Origin: Mobula hypostoma
Taxonomy: Eukaryota
NCBI RefSeq assembly: GCF_963921235.1
Contig: NC_086108.1
Span: 115,570,001 to 115,634,000 of the forward strand
DNA length: 64,000 bases
Reading direction: 5' to 3'
The position numbers and the translations under genes were made by a program. Position 1 is the first letter of the stretch, and the number at the start of each line of letters is the position of its first letter. The notes under the pieces are model-generated. The model did no database searches, was not told where the DNA came from, and saw nothing but the letters and a program-made list of their open reading frames with translations. Shown in pieces: positions 34,584 to 47,000 of this stretch.

Positions 34584-37500
34584 TGTCATGGTCCAGTCCG
34601 TGAAGTCCGCATTCTGGTTCACGGTCCGGTCCGTGGACTCAGAACTCCGGGTCTTCGAGCTGTCCCTCATTAGGTTGAGTTAATCATAGGCACCTGATTC
34701 CCATCTTGGGGCTTGGAATATAAGTAGCCTTGGGGTTGGGTGTGGGCTGCTGGTTTGTCTTGTCAGTCCCCCTTGGAGCAACCTCTGATGGAAGGCTAGT
34801 GAAACCACTTGTGATCTCTAGGCCTGGTTGGAGGACCACTGCTTCATGGAGCCTTGTTGCCACTTGTTGGAGCAGTTACTGTCATATGGGTTTGGCTATT
34901 TCTGTAGCCAGCCAAGGTTGCTGGCTGCCCTGAGACACAGAGCCACCTCGGATTGAGCTCCGTTCCTGTCCTTGCCTCCGTTGGGTAAGCAGGCCATTTG
35001 CTGTTACCCTGTGGTTGGGTCTGTCCCTTACTGCCCTTGCCTCCGTGGGGTGAAGTTCTGCGTCCTGCCCAGGAGAAGCTCCAAAAGCCCAAGCCTCGAG
35101 GATCCCAGACCAAGCTCCAAGAGCCCAAGCCTCAAGGATCATAGAACATAGAACATACAATAGTACACCACAGTACAGGCCCTTCGGCCCACAATGTTGT
35201 GCCGACCCTCAAACCCTGTCTCCCATATAAGCCCCCACCTTAGATTCCTCCATATACCTGTCCAGTAGTCTCTTAAACTTCACTAGTGTATCTGCCTCCA
35301 CCACTGACTCAGGCAGTGCATTCCACGCACCAACTACTCTCTGAGTAAAAAACCTTCCTCTAATATCCCCCTTGAACTTCCCACCCCTTACCTTAAAGCC
35401 ATGTCCTCTTGTATTGAGCAGTGGTGCCCTGGGGAAGAGGCGCTGGCTATCCACTCTATCTATTCCTCTTATTATCTTGTACACCTCTATCATGTCTGCT
35501 CTCATCCTCCTTCTCTTCAAAGAGTAAAGCCATAGCTCCCTTAATCTCTGATCATAATGCATACTTTCTAAACCAGGCAGCATCCTGGTAAATCTCCTCT
35601 GTGCCCTTGCCCTTTCCAATGCTTCCACATCCTTCCTATAGTGAGGTGACCAGAACTGGACATAGTACTCCAAGTGTAGCCTAACCAGAGTTTTATAGAG
35701 CTGCATCATTACATCGCGACTCTTAAACTCTATCCCTTGACTTATGAAAGCTAACACCCCATAAGCTTTCTTAACTACCCTATCCACCTGTGAGGCAACT
35801 TTCAGGGATCTGTGAACATGTACCCCGAGATCCCTCTGCTCCTCCACACTACCAAGTATCCTGCCATTTACTTTGTGCTCTGCCTTGGAGTTTGTCTTTC
35901 CAAAGTGTACCACCTCACACTTCTCCGGGTTGAACTCCATCTGCCACTTCTTAGCCCACTCTTGCATCCTATCAATGTCTCTCTGCAATCTTTGACAATC
36001 CTCAACACTATCTACAACACCACCAACCTTTGTGTCATCTGCAAACTTGCCAACCCACCCTTCTACCCCCACATCCGCGTCGTTAATAAAAATCATGAAA
36101 AGTAGAGGTCCCAGAACAGATCCTTGTGGGACACCACTAGTCACAATCCTCCAATCTGAATGTACTCCCTCCACCACCACCCTCTGCCTTCTGCAGGCAA
36201 GCCAATTCTGAATCCACCTGGCCAAACTTCCCTGGATCCTATGCCTTCTAACTTTCTGAATAAACCTACCGTGTGGAACCTTGTCAAATGCCTTACTAAA
36301 ATCCATATAGATCATATCCACAGCACTACCCTCATCTATATGCCTGGTCACCTCCTCAAAGAACTCTATCAGGCTTGTTAGACACGATCTGCCCTTCACA
36401 AAGCCATGCTGACTGTCCCTGATCAGACCATGATTCTCTAAATGCCTATAGATCCTATCTCTAAGAATCTTTTCCAACAGCTTTCCCACCACAAGACGTA
36501 AGGCTCACTGGTCTATAATTACCTGGACTATCCCTACTACTTTTTTTGAACAAGGGAACAACATTCGCCTCCCTCCAATCCTCCGGTACCATTCCCGTGG
36601 ACAACGAGGACATAAAGATCCTAGCCAGAGGCTCAGCAATCTCTTCTCTCGCCTCGTGGAGCAGCCTGGGGAATATTCCATCAGGCCCCGGGGACTTATC
36701 TGTCCTAATGTATTTTAACAACTCCAACACCTCCTCTCCCTTAATATCAACATGCTCCAGAACATCAACCTCACTCATATTGTCCTCACCATCATCAAGT
36801 TCCCTCTCATTGGTGAATACCGAAGAGAAGTATTCATTGAGGACCTCGCTCACTTCCACAGCCTCCAGGCGCATCTTCCCACCTTTATCTCTAATCAGTC
36901 CTACCTTAACTCCTGTCATCCTTTTTTTCTTCACATAATTGAAGAATGCCTTGGGGTTTTCCTTTACCCTACTCGCCAAGGCCTTCTCATGCCCCCTTCT
37001 TGCTCTTCTCAGCCCCTTCTTAAGCTCCTTTCTTGCTTCCCTATATTCCTCAATATGATCTGATCCTTGCTTCCTAAACCTCATGTATGCTGCCTTCTTC
37101 CACCTGACTAGATTTCCCACCTCACTTGTCACCCATGGTTCCTTCACCCTACCATTCTTTATCTTCCTCACTGGGACAAATTTATCCCTAACATCCTGCA
37201 AGAGATCTCTAAACATCGACCACATGTCCATAGTACATTTCCCTGCAAAAACATCATCCCAATTCACACCCGCAAGTTCCAGCCTTATAGCCTCATAATT
37301 TGCCCTCCCCCAATTAAAAATTTTCCTGTCCTCTTTGATTCTGTCCTTTTCCATGATAATGCTAAAGGCCAGGGAGCGGTGGTCACTGTTGCCCAGATGC
37401 TTACCCACTGAGAGATCTGTGACCTGACCCGGTTCATTACCTAGTACTAGATCTAGTATGGCATTTCCCCTGGTCGGTCTATCCACATACTGTGAAAGGA

Positions 37501-38018
37501 ATCCATCCTGGACACACTTAACAAATCCCAGGCCAAGTTCCAAGAACCCAAGCCTTGAGGATCCCAGGCCACGTTCCAAGTACCCTAGCCTCGAGGATCC
37601 CAAGCCAAGCTCCAAGAACACTAGCCTGAAGACCCCAGCCTGCAGCCAAACTCAAGAACAAAAACCCCAGCCTCAAGCCTCAAGAGCAAAGACCCCAGCC
37701 TGTCTCCAAACTCAGCCCTCCAGACCCCAGCCACATCCTGTCCTGAAGCCATGTCTTGTTCTTGCCTGGTTCTGGGGTCCGAGCCCGAGGCAAGACCCAG
37801 GTTTTGGGTCTTTGTCCAGTCTTGGGCTCGGAGTCGAAGCCTTGCCTCCCAGTCCATGGTTTCTAGTCCTGGTCCCGCGTTCCCTAGCCCAAGTCTGCAT
37901 TCTTGTCCCTGCTCCTTGTCTGTATCCGGTCACGTCCCTACTCTAGTCAAGACCTGTTCCTTGTACTTCAGTGTCTGTGTCTTGCATTTGAGTCCGTTCC
38001 CAGAACCCCATTGTGACA
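34584..38018 (+). mobile_element. Solo LTR (same family as 12268-13258) inserted in the satellite and split by a CR1
   Basis: TGTCATGGTCC...TTGTGACA termini; CACAC at 34579-34583 and 38019-38023; ends match the 12268 LTR (CTGTGTCTTGCATTTGAGTCCG); internal 36-bp repeats GATCCCAGRCCAAGYTCCAAG. Confidence 0.92.
35141..37523 (-). mobile_element. Young 5'-truncated CR1, ORF2 nearly intact (one frameshift at ~36490)
   Basis: ORFs 36461..37621 and 35209..36492: [49 protein letters not shown]. (TTCTATG)n tail at ~35141. Same subfamily as 10825-11470. Confidence 0.95.
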
Positions 38019-41000
38019 CACACATTCTCACTATGACCGTGTGGAGTTTACACATTCTCCCTGTGACCGTGCGGTGTTTACACGTTCTCCCTGTGACCTT
38101 GTGGAGTTCGCACGTTCTCCCTGTGACCGTGTCGGGTTCGCACGTTCTCCCTGTGACCGTGTGGAATTCGCACGTTCTCCCTGTGACCGTGTCGGGTTCG
38201 CACGTTCTCCCTGTGACCGTGTGGTGTTTGCACATTCTCCCTGTGACTGTGTGGGCTTCGCACGTTCTCCCGGTGACCGTGTGGGGTTTGCACATTCCCC
38301 CTGTCACCGTTGTGGAGTTCGCACGTTCTCCCTGCGACCGTGTGGGGTTCGCACGTTCTTCCTGTGACCGTGTGGAGTTCGCACGTTCTCCCTGCGACCG
38401 TGTGGGGTTCGCACATTCTTCCTGAGACCGTGTGGAGTTGACACGTTCTCCCTGTGACTGTGTGGAGTTTGCACGTTATCCCTGTGACCGTGTGGAGTTG
38501 ACACGTTCTCCCTGTGACCTTGTGGGGTTTGCACGTTCTCCCTGTGACCGTGTGGGGTTCGCACGTTCTTCCTGTGACCGTGTGGAGTTCGCACGTTCTC
38601 CCTGCGACCGTGTGGGGTTCGCACATTCTTCCTGAGACCGTGTGGAGTTGACACGTTCTCCCTGTGACTGTGTGGAGTTTGCACGTTATCCCTGTGACCG
38701 TGTGGAGTTGACACGTTCTCCCTGTGACCTTGTGGGGTTTGCACGTTCTCCCTGTGACCGTGTGGGGTTTGCACGTTCTCCCTGTGACCGTGTGGAGTTT
38801 GCACATTCTCCCTGTGACCGTGTGGTGTTTGCACGTTCTCCCTGTGACCATGTGGGATTCGCACGTTCTCCCTGTGACCGTGTGGAGATCGCATGTTCTC
38901 CCTGTGACCGTGTGGTGTTTACACATTCTGACTGTGACTGTGTGGGGTTTACATGTTCTACCTGTGATCGTGTTGACTTTACATGTTCTCCCATGATGGT
39001 GGAATTTACACATTCTGTCTGTGACTGTGTCACGTTTACACGTTCTGATTGTGACTGCGCGGTGCTTACATGTTCTCCCCATGACTGTGCAGCGTTTACA
39101 CGCTGTCCCCGTGACAATGTGGCGTTTATATGCTCTCCCCGTGAACGTGTGGAGTTAGCACGTTCACCCCATGACCGTGTGGAGTTTCCACGTTCTCCCT
39201 GTGTCTTTATGGAGTTTACATGTTGTGTCTATGTCCGTGTGGAGTTTACACGTTCTCCCTGTGTCTTTATGAAGTTTACACATTCCGTCTGTGTCCGTGT
39301 GGAGTTTACTCGTGCTCCCTGTGACCGTATGGGGTTTGCACGTTCTCCCTGTGACCGTATGGGGTTCGCATGTTCTCCCTGTGATTGTGTGGAGTTTGCA
39401 CGTTCACCCTGTGACTATGTGGAGTTCGCACGTTAGCCCTGTGACCGTGTGGAGTTTGCACGTTCTCCCTGTGACCGTGTGGGGTTTGCATGTTCTCCCT
39501 GTGACCGTGTGGAGTTTGCACGTTCTCCCTGTGACCGTGTGGGGTTCGCACGTGCCCCCTGTGACCGTATGGGGTTTGCACGTTCTCCCTGTGACCGTGT
39601 GGTGTTTACACGTTCTCCCTGTGACCGTGTGGAGTTCGCACGTTCTCCCTGTGACCGTGTCAGGTTCGCACGTTCTCCCTGTGACTGTGTGGGCTTCGCA
39701 CGTTCTCCCTGTGACCGTGTGGAATTCGCACGTTCTCCCTGTGACCGTGTGGGGTTTGCACGTTCTCCCTGCGACCGTGTGGGGTTCGCATGTTCTCCCT
39801 GTGACCGTGTGGGGTTCGCACGTTCACCCTGTGACCATGTGGGGTTCGCACGTTCTCCCTGTGACTATGTGGAGTTCGCATGTTGGCCCTGTGACCGTGT
39901 GGATTTGCACGTTCTCCCTGTGACCGTGTGGGGTTTGCACGTTCTCCCTGTGACCGTGTGGAGTTTGCACATTCTCCCTGTGACCGTGTGGAGTTTGCAC
40001 GTTCTCCCTGTGACCGTGTGGGGTTTGCACGTTCTCCCTGTGACCGTGTGGAGTTTGCACGTTCTCCCTGTGAACGTGTGGAGTTGACACGTTCTCCCTG
40101 TGACCATGTGGAGTTTGCACGTTCTCCCTGTGACCGGGTGGAGTTTACATGTTCTCCCTGTCACCGTGTGGAGTTGACACGTTCTCCCTGTGACCGTGTG
40201 GGGTTTGCACGTTCTCCCTGTGACCGTGTGTGGTTTGCACATTCCCCCTGTCACCTTTGTGGAGTTCGCACGTTCTCCCTGCGACCGTGTGGGGTTCGCA
40301 CGTTCTTCCTGTGACCGTGTGGAGTTCGCACGTTCTCCCAGCGACCGTGTGGAGTTGACACGTTCTCCCTGTGACCGTGTGGAGTTTGCACGTTCTCCCT
40401 GTGACCGTGTGGGGTTTGCACGTTCTCCCTGCGACCGTGTGGTGTTCGCACATTCTCCCTGCGACCGTGTGGGGTTCGCACGTTCTCCCTGTGACCGTGT
40501 GGAGTTGACACGTTCTCCCTGTGACCGTGTGGAGTTGACACGTTCTCCCTGTGACCGTGTGGGGTTTGCACGTTCTCCCTGTGACCGTGTGGAGTTTGCA
40601 CGTTCTCCCTGTGAACGTGTGGAGTTGACACGTTCTCCCTGTGACCATGTGGAGTTTGCACGTTCTCCCTGTGACCGGGTGGAGTTTACATGTTCTCCCT
40701 GTCACCGTGTGGAGTTGACACGTTCTCCCTGTGACCGTGTGGGGTTTGCACGTTCTCCCTGTGACCGTGTGTGGTTTGCACATTCCCCCTGTCACCTTTG
40801 TGGAGTTCGCACGTTCTCCCTGCGACCGTGTGGGGTTCGCACGTTCTTCCTGTGACCGTGTGGAGTTCGCACGTTCTCCCAGCGACCGTGTGGAGTTGAC
40901 ACGTTCTCCCTGTGACCGTGTGGAGTTTGCACTTTCTCCCTGTGACCGTGTGGGGTTTGCACGTTCTCCCTGCGACCGTGTGGTGTTCGCACATTCTCCC

Positions 41001-44000
41001 TGCGACCGTGTGGGGTTCGCACGTTCTCCCTGTGACCGTGTGGAGTTGACACATTCTCCCTGTGACCGTGTGGAGTTGACACGTTCTCCCTGTGACCGTG
41101 TGGGGTTTGCACGTTCTCCCTGTGACCGTGTGGAGTTGACACGTTCTCCCTGTGACCGTGTGGGGTTTGCACGTTCTCCCTGTGACCGTGTGGAGTTGAC
41201 ACGTTCTCCCTGTGACCGTGTGGAGTTTGCACGTTCTCCCTGTGACCGTGTGGTGTTTGCACGTTCTCCCTGTGACCGTGTGGGGTTCGCACGTTCTCCC
41301 TGTGACTGTGTGGGGTTCGCACGTTCTCCCTGTGACCGTGTGGAGATCGCATGTTCTCCCTGTGACCGTGTGGTGTTTACACATTCTGACTGTGACTGTG
41401 TGGGGTTTACATGTTCTACCTGTGATCGTGTTGACTTTACATGTTCTCCAGTGATGGTGGAATTTACACATTCTGTCTGTGACTGTGTCACGTTTACACG
41501 TTCTGATTGTGACTGCGCGGTGCTTACATGTTCTCCCCATGACTGTGCAGCGTTTACACGCTGTCCCCGTGACAATGCGGCGTTTACATGCTCTCCCCGT
41601 GAACGTGTGGAGTTAGCAAGTTCACCCCGTGACCGTGTGGAGTTTCCACGTGCTCCCTGTGTCTTTATGGAGTTTACATGTTGTGTCTATGTCCGTGTGG
41701 AGTTTACACGTTCTCCCTGTGTCTTTATGAAGTTTACACATTCCGTCTGTGTCCGTGTGGAGTTTACTTGTTCTCCCTGTGACCGTATGGGGTTTGCACG
41801 TTCTCCCTGTGACCGTATGGGGTTCGCATGTTCTCCCTGTGACCGTGTGGAGTTTGCACGTTCACCCTGTGACTATGTGGAGTTCGCACGTTGGCCCTGT
41901 GACCGTGTGGAGTTTGCACGTTCTCCCTGTGACCGTGTGGGGTTTGCATGTTCTCCCTGTGACCGTGTGGAGTTTGCACGTTCTCCCTGAGACCGTGTGG
42001 GGTTCGCACGTTCCCCCTGTGACCGTGTGGAGTTTGCACGTTCTCCCTGTGACCGTGTGGTGTTTACACGTTCTCCCTGTGACTGTGTGGAGTTCGCACG
42101 TTCTCCCTGTGACCGTGTCAGGTTCGCACGTTCTCCCTGTGACCGTGTGGGCTTCGCACGTTCTCCCTGTGACCGTGTGGAATTCGCACATTCTCCCTGT
42201 GACCGTGTGGAGATCGCATGTTCTCCCTGTGACCGTGTGGTGTTTACACATTCTGACTGTGACTGTGTGGGGTTTACATGTTCTACCTGTGATCGTGTTG
42301 ACTTTACATGTTCTCCTGTGATGGTGGAATTTACACATTCTGTCTGTGACTGTGTCGCGTTTACATGTTCTGATTGTGACTGCGCGGTGCTTACATATTC
42401 TCCCCGTGACTGTGCGGTGTTTACACGCTTAGCCCGTGACAGTGCGGCATTTACACGTTCCACCCATCACTGTGCAGCATTTGCACGCTCTCGCCGTGAA
42501 CGTGTGGAGTTTCCACATTCTCCCTGTGTCTTTATGGAGTTTACATGTTGTGTCTATGTCCGTGTGGAGTTTACACGTTCTCCCTGTGTCTTTATGAAGT
42601 TTACACATTCCGTCTGTGTCCGTGTGGAGTTTACTCGTGCTCCCTGTGACCGTATGGGGTTTGCACGTTCTCCCTGTGACTATGTGGAGTTCGCACGTTG
42701 GCCCTGTGACCGTGTGGAGTTTGCACATTCTCCCTGTGACCGTGTGGAGTTTGCACGTTCTCCCTGTGACCGTGTGGAGTTGACACGTTCTCCCTGTGAC
42801 CATGTGGAGTTTGCATGTTCTCCCTGTGACCGTATGGGGTTTGCACGTTCTCCCTGTGACCGTGTGGAGTTGACATGTTCTCCCTGTGACCGTATGGGGT
42901 TCGCATGTTTTCCCTGTGACCGTGTGGAGTTTGCACGTTCACCCTGTGACTATGTGGAGTTCGCACGTTGGCCCTGTGACCGTGTGGAGTTTGCACGTTC
43001 TCCCTGTGACCATGTGGAGTTGACACGTTCTCCCTGTGACCATGTGGAGTTTGCACGTTCTCCCTGTGACCGTGTGGAGTTTGCATGTTCTCCCTGTCAC
43101 CGTGTGGAGTTAACACGTTCTCCCTGTGACCATGTGGGGTTTACACGTTCTCCCTGTGACCGTGTGGGGTTTGTACATTCTCCCTGTGACCGTGTGGGGT
43201 TTGCACATTCCCCCTGTCACCGTTGTGGAGTTCGCACGTTCTCCCTGTGACTGTGTGGGCTTCGCACGTTCTCCCTGTGACCGTGTGGAATTCGCACGTT
43301 CTCCCTGTGACCGTGTGGGGTTTGCACGTTCTCCCTGCGACCGTGTGGGGTTCGCATGTTCTCCCTGTGACCGTGTGGGGTTCGCACGTTCACCCTGTGA
43401 CCATGTGGGGTTCGCACGTTCTCCCTGTGACTATGTGGAGTTCGCATGTTGGCCCTGTGACCGTGTGGAGTTTGCACGTTCTCCCTGTGACCGTGTGGGG
43501 TTTGCACGTTCTCCCTGTGACCGTGTGGAGTTTGCACGTTCTCCCTGTGACCGTGTGGAGTTTGCACGTTCTCCCTGTGACCGTGTGGGGTTTGCACGTT
43601 CTCCCTGTGACCGTGTGGAGTTTGCACGTTCTCCCTGTGAACGTGTGGAGTTGACACGTTCTCCCTGTGACCATGTGGAGTTTGCACGTTCTCCCTGTGA
43701 CCGGGTGGGGTTTACATGTTCTCCCTGTCACCGTGTGGAGTTGACACGTTCTCCCTGTGACCGTGTGGGGTTTGCACGTTCTCCCTGTGACCGTGTGTGG
43801 TTTGCACATTCCCCCTGTCACCTTTGTGGAGTTCGCACGTTCTCCCTGCGACCGTGTGGGGTTCGCACGTTCTTCCTGTGACCGTGTGGAGTTCGCACGT
43901 TCTCCCAGCGACCGTGTGGAGTTTACTCGTGCTCCCTGTGACCGTATGGGGTTTGCACGTTCTCCCTGTGACTATGTGGAGTTCGCACGTTGGCCCTGTG

Positions 44001-47000
44001 ACCGTGTGGAGTTTGCACATTCTCCCTGTGACCGTGTGGAGTTTGCACGTTCTCCCTGTACCGTGTGGAGTTGACACGTTCTCCCTGTGACCATGTGGAG
44101 TTTGCATGTTCTCCCTGTGACCGTATGGGGTTTGCACGTTCTCCCTGTGACCGTGTGGAGTTGACATGTTCTCCCTGTGACCGTATGGGGTTCGCATGTT
44201 TTCCCTGTGACCGTGTGGAGTTTGCATGTTCTCCCTGTCACCGTGTGGAGTTAACACGTTCTCCCTGTGACCATGTGGGGTTTACACGTTCTCCCTGTGA
44301 CCGTGTGGGGTTTGTACATTCTCCCTGTGACCGTGTGGGGTTTGCACATTCCCCCTGTCACCGTTGTGGAGTTCGCACGTTCTCCCTGCGACCGTGTGGG
44401 GTTCGCACGTTCTTCCTGTGACCGTGTGGAGTTCGCACGTTCTCCCTGCGACCGTGAGGGGTTCGCACATTCTCCCTGTGACCGTGTGGAGTTGACACGT
44501 TCTCCCTGTGACCGTGTGGAGTTTGCACGTTCTCCCTGTGACCGTGTGGAGTTTGCACCTTCTCCCTGTGACCGTGTGGAGTTGACACGTTCTCCCTGTG
44601 ACCATGTGGGGTTTGCACGTTCTCCCTGTGACCGTGTGGGGTTTGCACGTTCTCCCTGCGACCGTGTGGGGTTCGCACGTTCTCACTGCGACCGTGTGGA
44701 GTTCGCACGTTCTCCCTGTGACCGTGTGGAGTTGACACGTTCTCCCTGTGACCGTGTGGGGATTGCACGTTCTCCCTGTGACCGTGTGGAGTTGACACGT
44801 ACTCCCTGTGACCGTGTGGGGTTTGCACGTTCTCCCTGTGACCGTGTGGAGTTTGCACGTTCTCCCTTTGACTGTGTGGTGTTTGCACATTCTCCCTGTG
44901 ACCGTGTGGTGTTTGCACGTTCTCCCTGTGACCGTGTGGAGTTTCCACGTGCTGCCTGTGTCTTTATGGAGTTTACATGTTGTGTCTATGTCCGTGTGGA
45001 GTTTACACGTTCTCCCTGTGTCTTTATGAAGTTTACACATTCCGTCTGTGTCCGTGTGGAGTTTACTCGTGCTCCCTGTGACTGTATGGGGTTCGCATGT
45101 CCTCCCTGTGACCGTGTGGAGTTTGCACGTTCTCCCTGTGACCGTGTGGAGATCGCATGTTCTCCCTGTGACCGTGTGGTGTTTACACATTCTGACTGTG
45201 ACTGTGTGGGGTTTACATGTTCTACCTGTGATCGTGTTGACTTTACATGTTCTCCTGTGATGGTGGAATTTACACATTCTGTCTGTGACTGTGTCACGTT
45301 TACACGTTCTGATTGTGACTGCGCGGTGCTTACATGTTCTCCCCATGACTGTGCAGCGTTTACACGCTGTCCCCGTGACAATGCGGCGTTTACATGCTCT
45401 CCCCGTGAACGTGTGGAGTTAGCAAGTTCACCCCGTGACCGTGTGGAGTTTCCACGTGCTCCCTGTGTCTTTATGGAGTTTACATGTTGTGTCTATGTCC
45501 GTGTGGAGTTTACACATTCTCCCTGTGTCTTTATGAAGTTTACACATTCCGTCTGTGTCCGTGTGGAGTTTACTCGTTCTCCCTGTGACCGTATGGGGTT
45601 CGCATCTTCTCCCTGTGACCGTGTGGAGTTTGCACGTTCACCCTGTGACTATGTGGAGTTCGCACGTTGGCCCTGTGACTGTGTGGAGTTTGCACGTTCT
45701 CCCTGTGACCGTGTGGGGTTTGCATGTTCTCCCTGTGACCGTGTGGAGTTTGCACATTCTGACTGTGACTGTGTGGGGTTTACATGTTCTACCTGTGATC
45801 GTGTTGACTTTACATGTTCTCCTGTGATGGTGGAATTTACACATTCTGTCTGTGACTGTGTCACGTTTACACGTTCTGATTGTGACTGCGCGGTGCTTAC
45901 ATGTTCTCCCCATGACTGTGCAGCGTTTACACGCTGTCCCCGTGACAATGCGGCGTTTACATGCTCTCCCCGTGAACGTGTGGAGTTAGCAAGTTCACCC
46001 CGTGACCGTGTGGAGTTTCCACGTGCTCCCTGTGTCTTTATGGAGTTTACATGTTGTGTCTATGTCCGTGTGGAGTTTACACGTTCTCCCTGTGTCTTTA
46101 TGAAGTTTACACATTCCGTCTGTGTCCGTGTGGAGTTTACTCGTTCTCCCTGTGACCGTATGGGGTTTGCACGTTCTCCCTGTGACTGTATGGGGTTCGC
46201 ATCTTCTCCCTGTGACCGTGTGGAGTTTGCACGTTCACCCTGTGACTATGTGGAGTTCGCACGTTGGCCCTGTGACCGTGTGGAGTTTGCACGTTCTCCC
46301 TGTGACCGTGTGGGGTTTGCATGTTCTCCCTGTGACCGTGTGGAGTTTGCATGTTCTCCCTGTGACCGTGTGGGGTTCGCATGTTCCCCCTGTGACCGTG
46401 TGGGGTTTACACGTTCTCCCTGTGACCGTGTGGTGTTTACACGTTCTCCCTGTGACTGTGTGGAGTTCGCACGTTCTCCCTGTGACCGTGTCAGGTTCGC
46501 ACGTTCTCCCTGTGACCGTGTGGGCTTCGCACGTTCTCCCTGTGACCGTGTGGAATTCGCACATTCTCCCTGTGACCGTGTGGAGATCGCATGTTCTCCC
46601 TGTGACCGTGTGGTGTTTACACATTCTGACTGTGACTGTGTGGGGTTTACATGTTCTACCTGTGATCGTGTTGACTTTACATGTTCTCCTGTGATGGTGG
46701 AATTTACACATTCTGTCTGTGACTGTGTCGCGTTTACACGTTCTGATTGTGACTGCGCGGTGCTTACATGTTCTCCCCATGACTGTGCAGCGTTTACACG
46801 CTGTCCCCGTGACAATGCGGCGTTTACATGCTCTCCCCGTGAACGTGTGGAGTTAGCAAGTTCACCCCGTGACCGTGTGGAGTTTCCACGTGCTCCCTGT
46901 GTCTTTATGGAGTTTACATGTTGTGTCTATGTCCGTGTGGAGTTTACACGTTCTCCCTGTGTCTTTATGAAGTTTACACATTCCGTCTGTGTCCGTGTGG

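Noticed and set aside
36461..37621. 386-aa ORF with novel N-terminal LELGLGSSRLG repeats (fusion gene)
   Set aside because: Chance read-through from the antisense LTR 36-bp repeats into the truncated CR1 ORF2.
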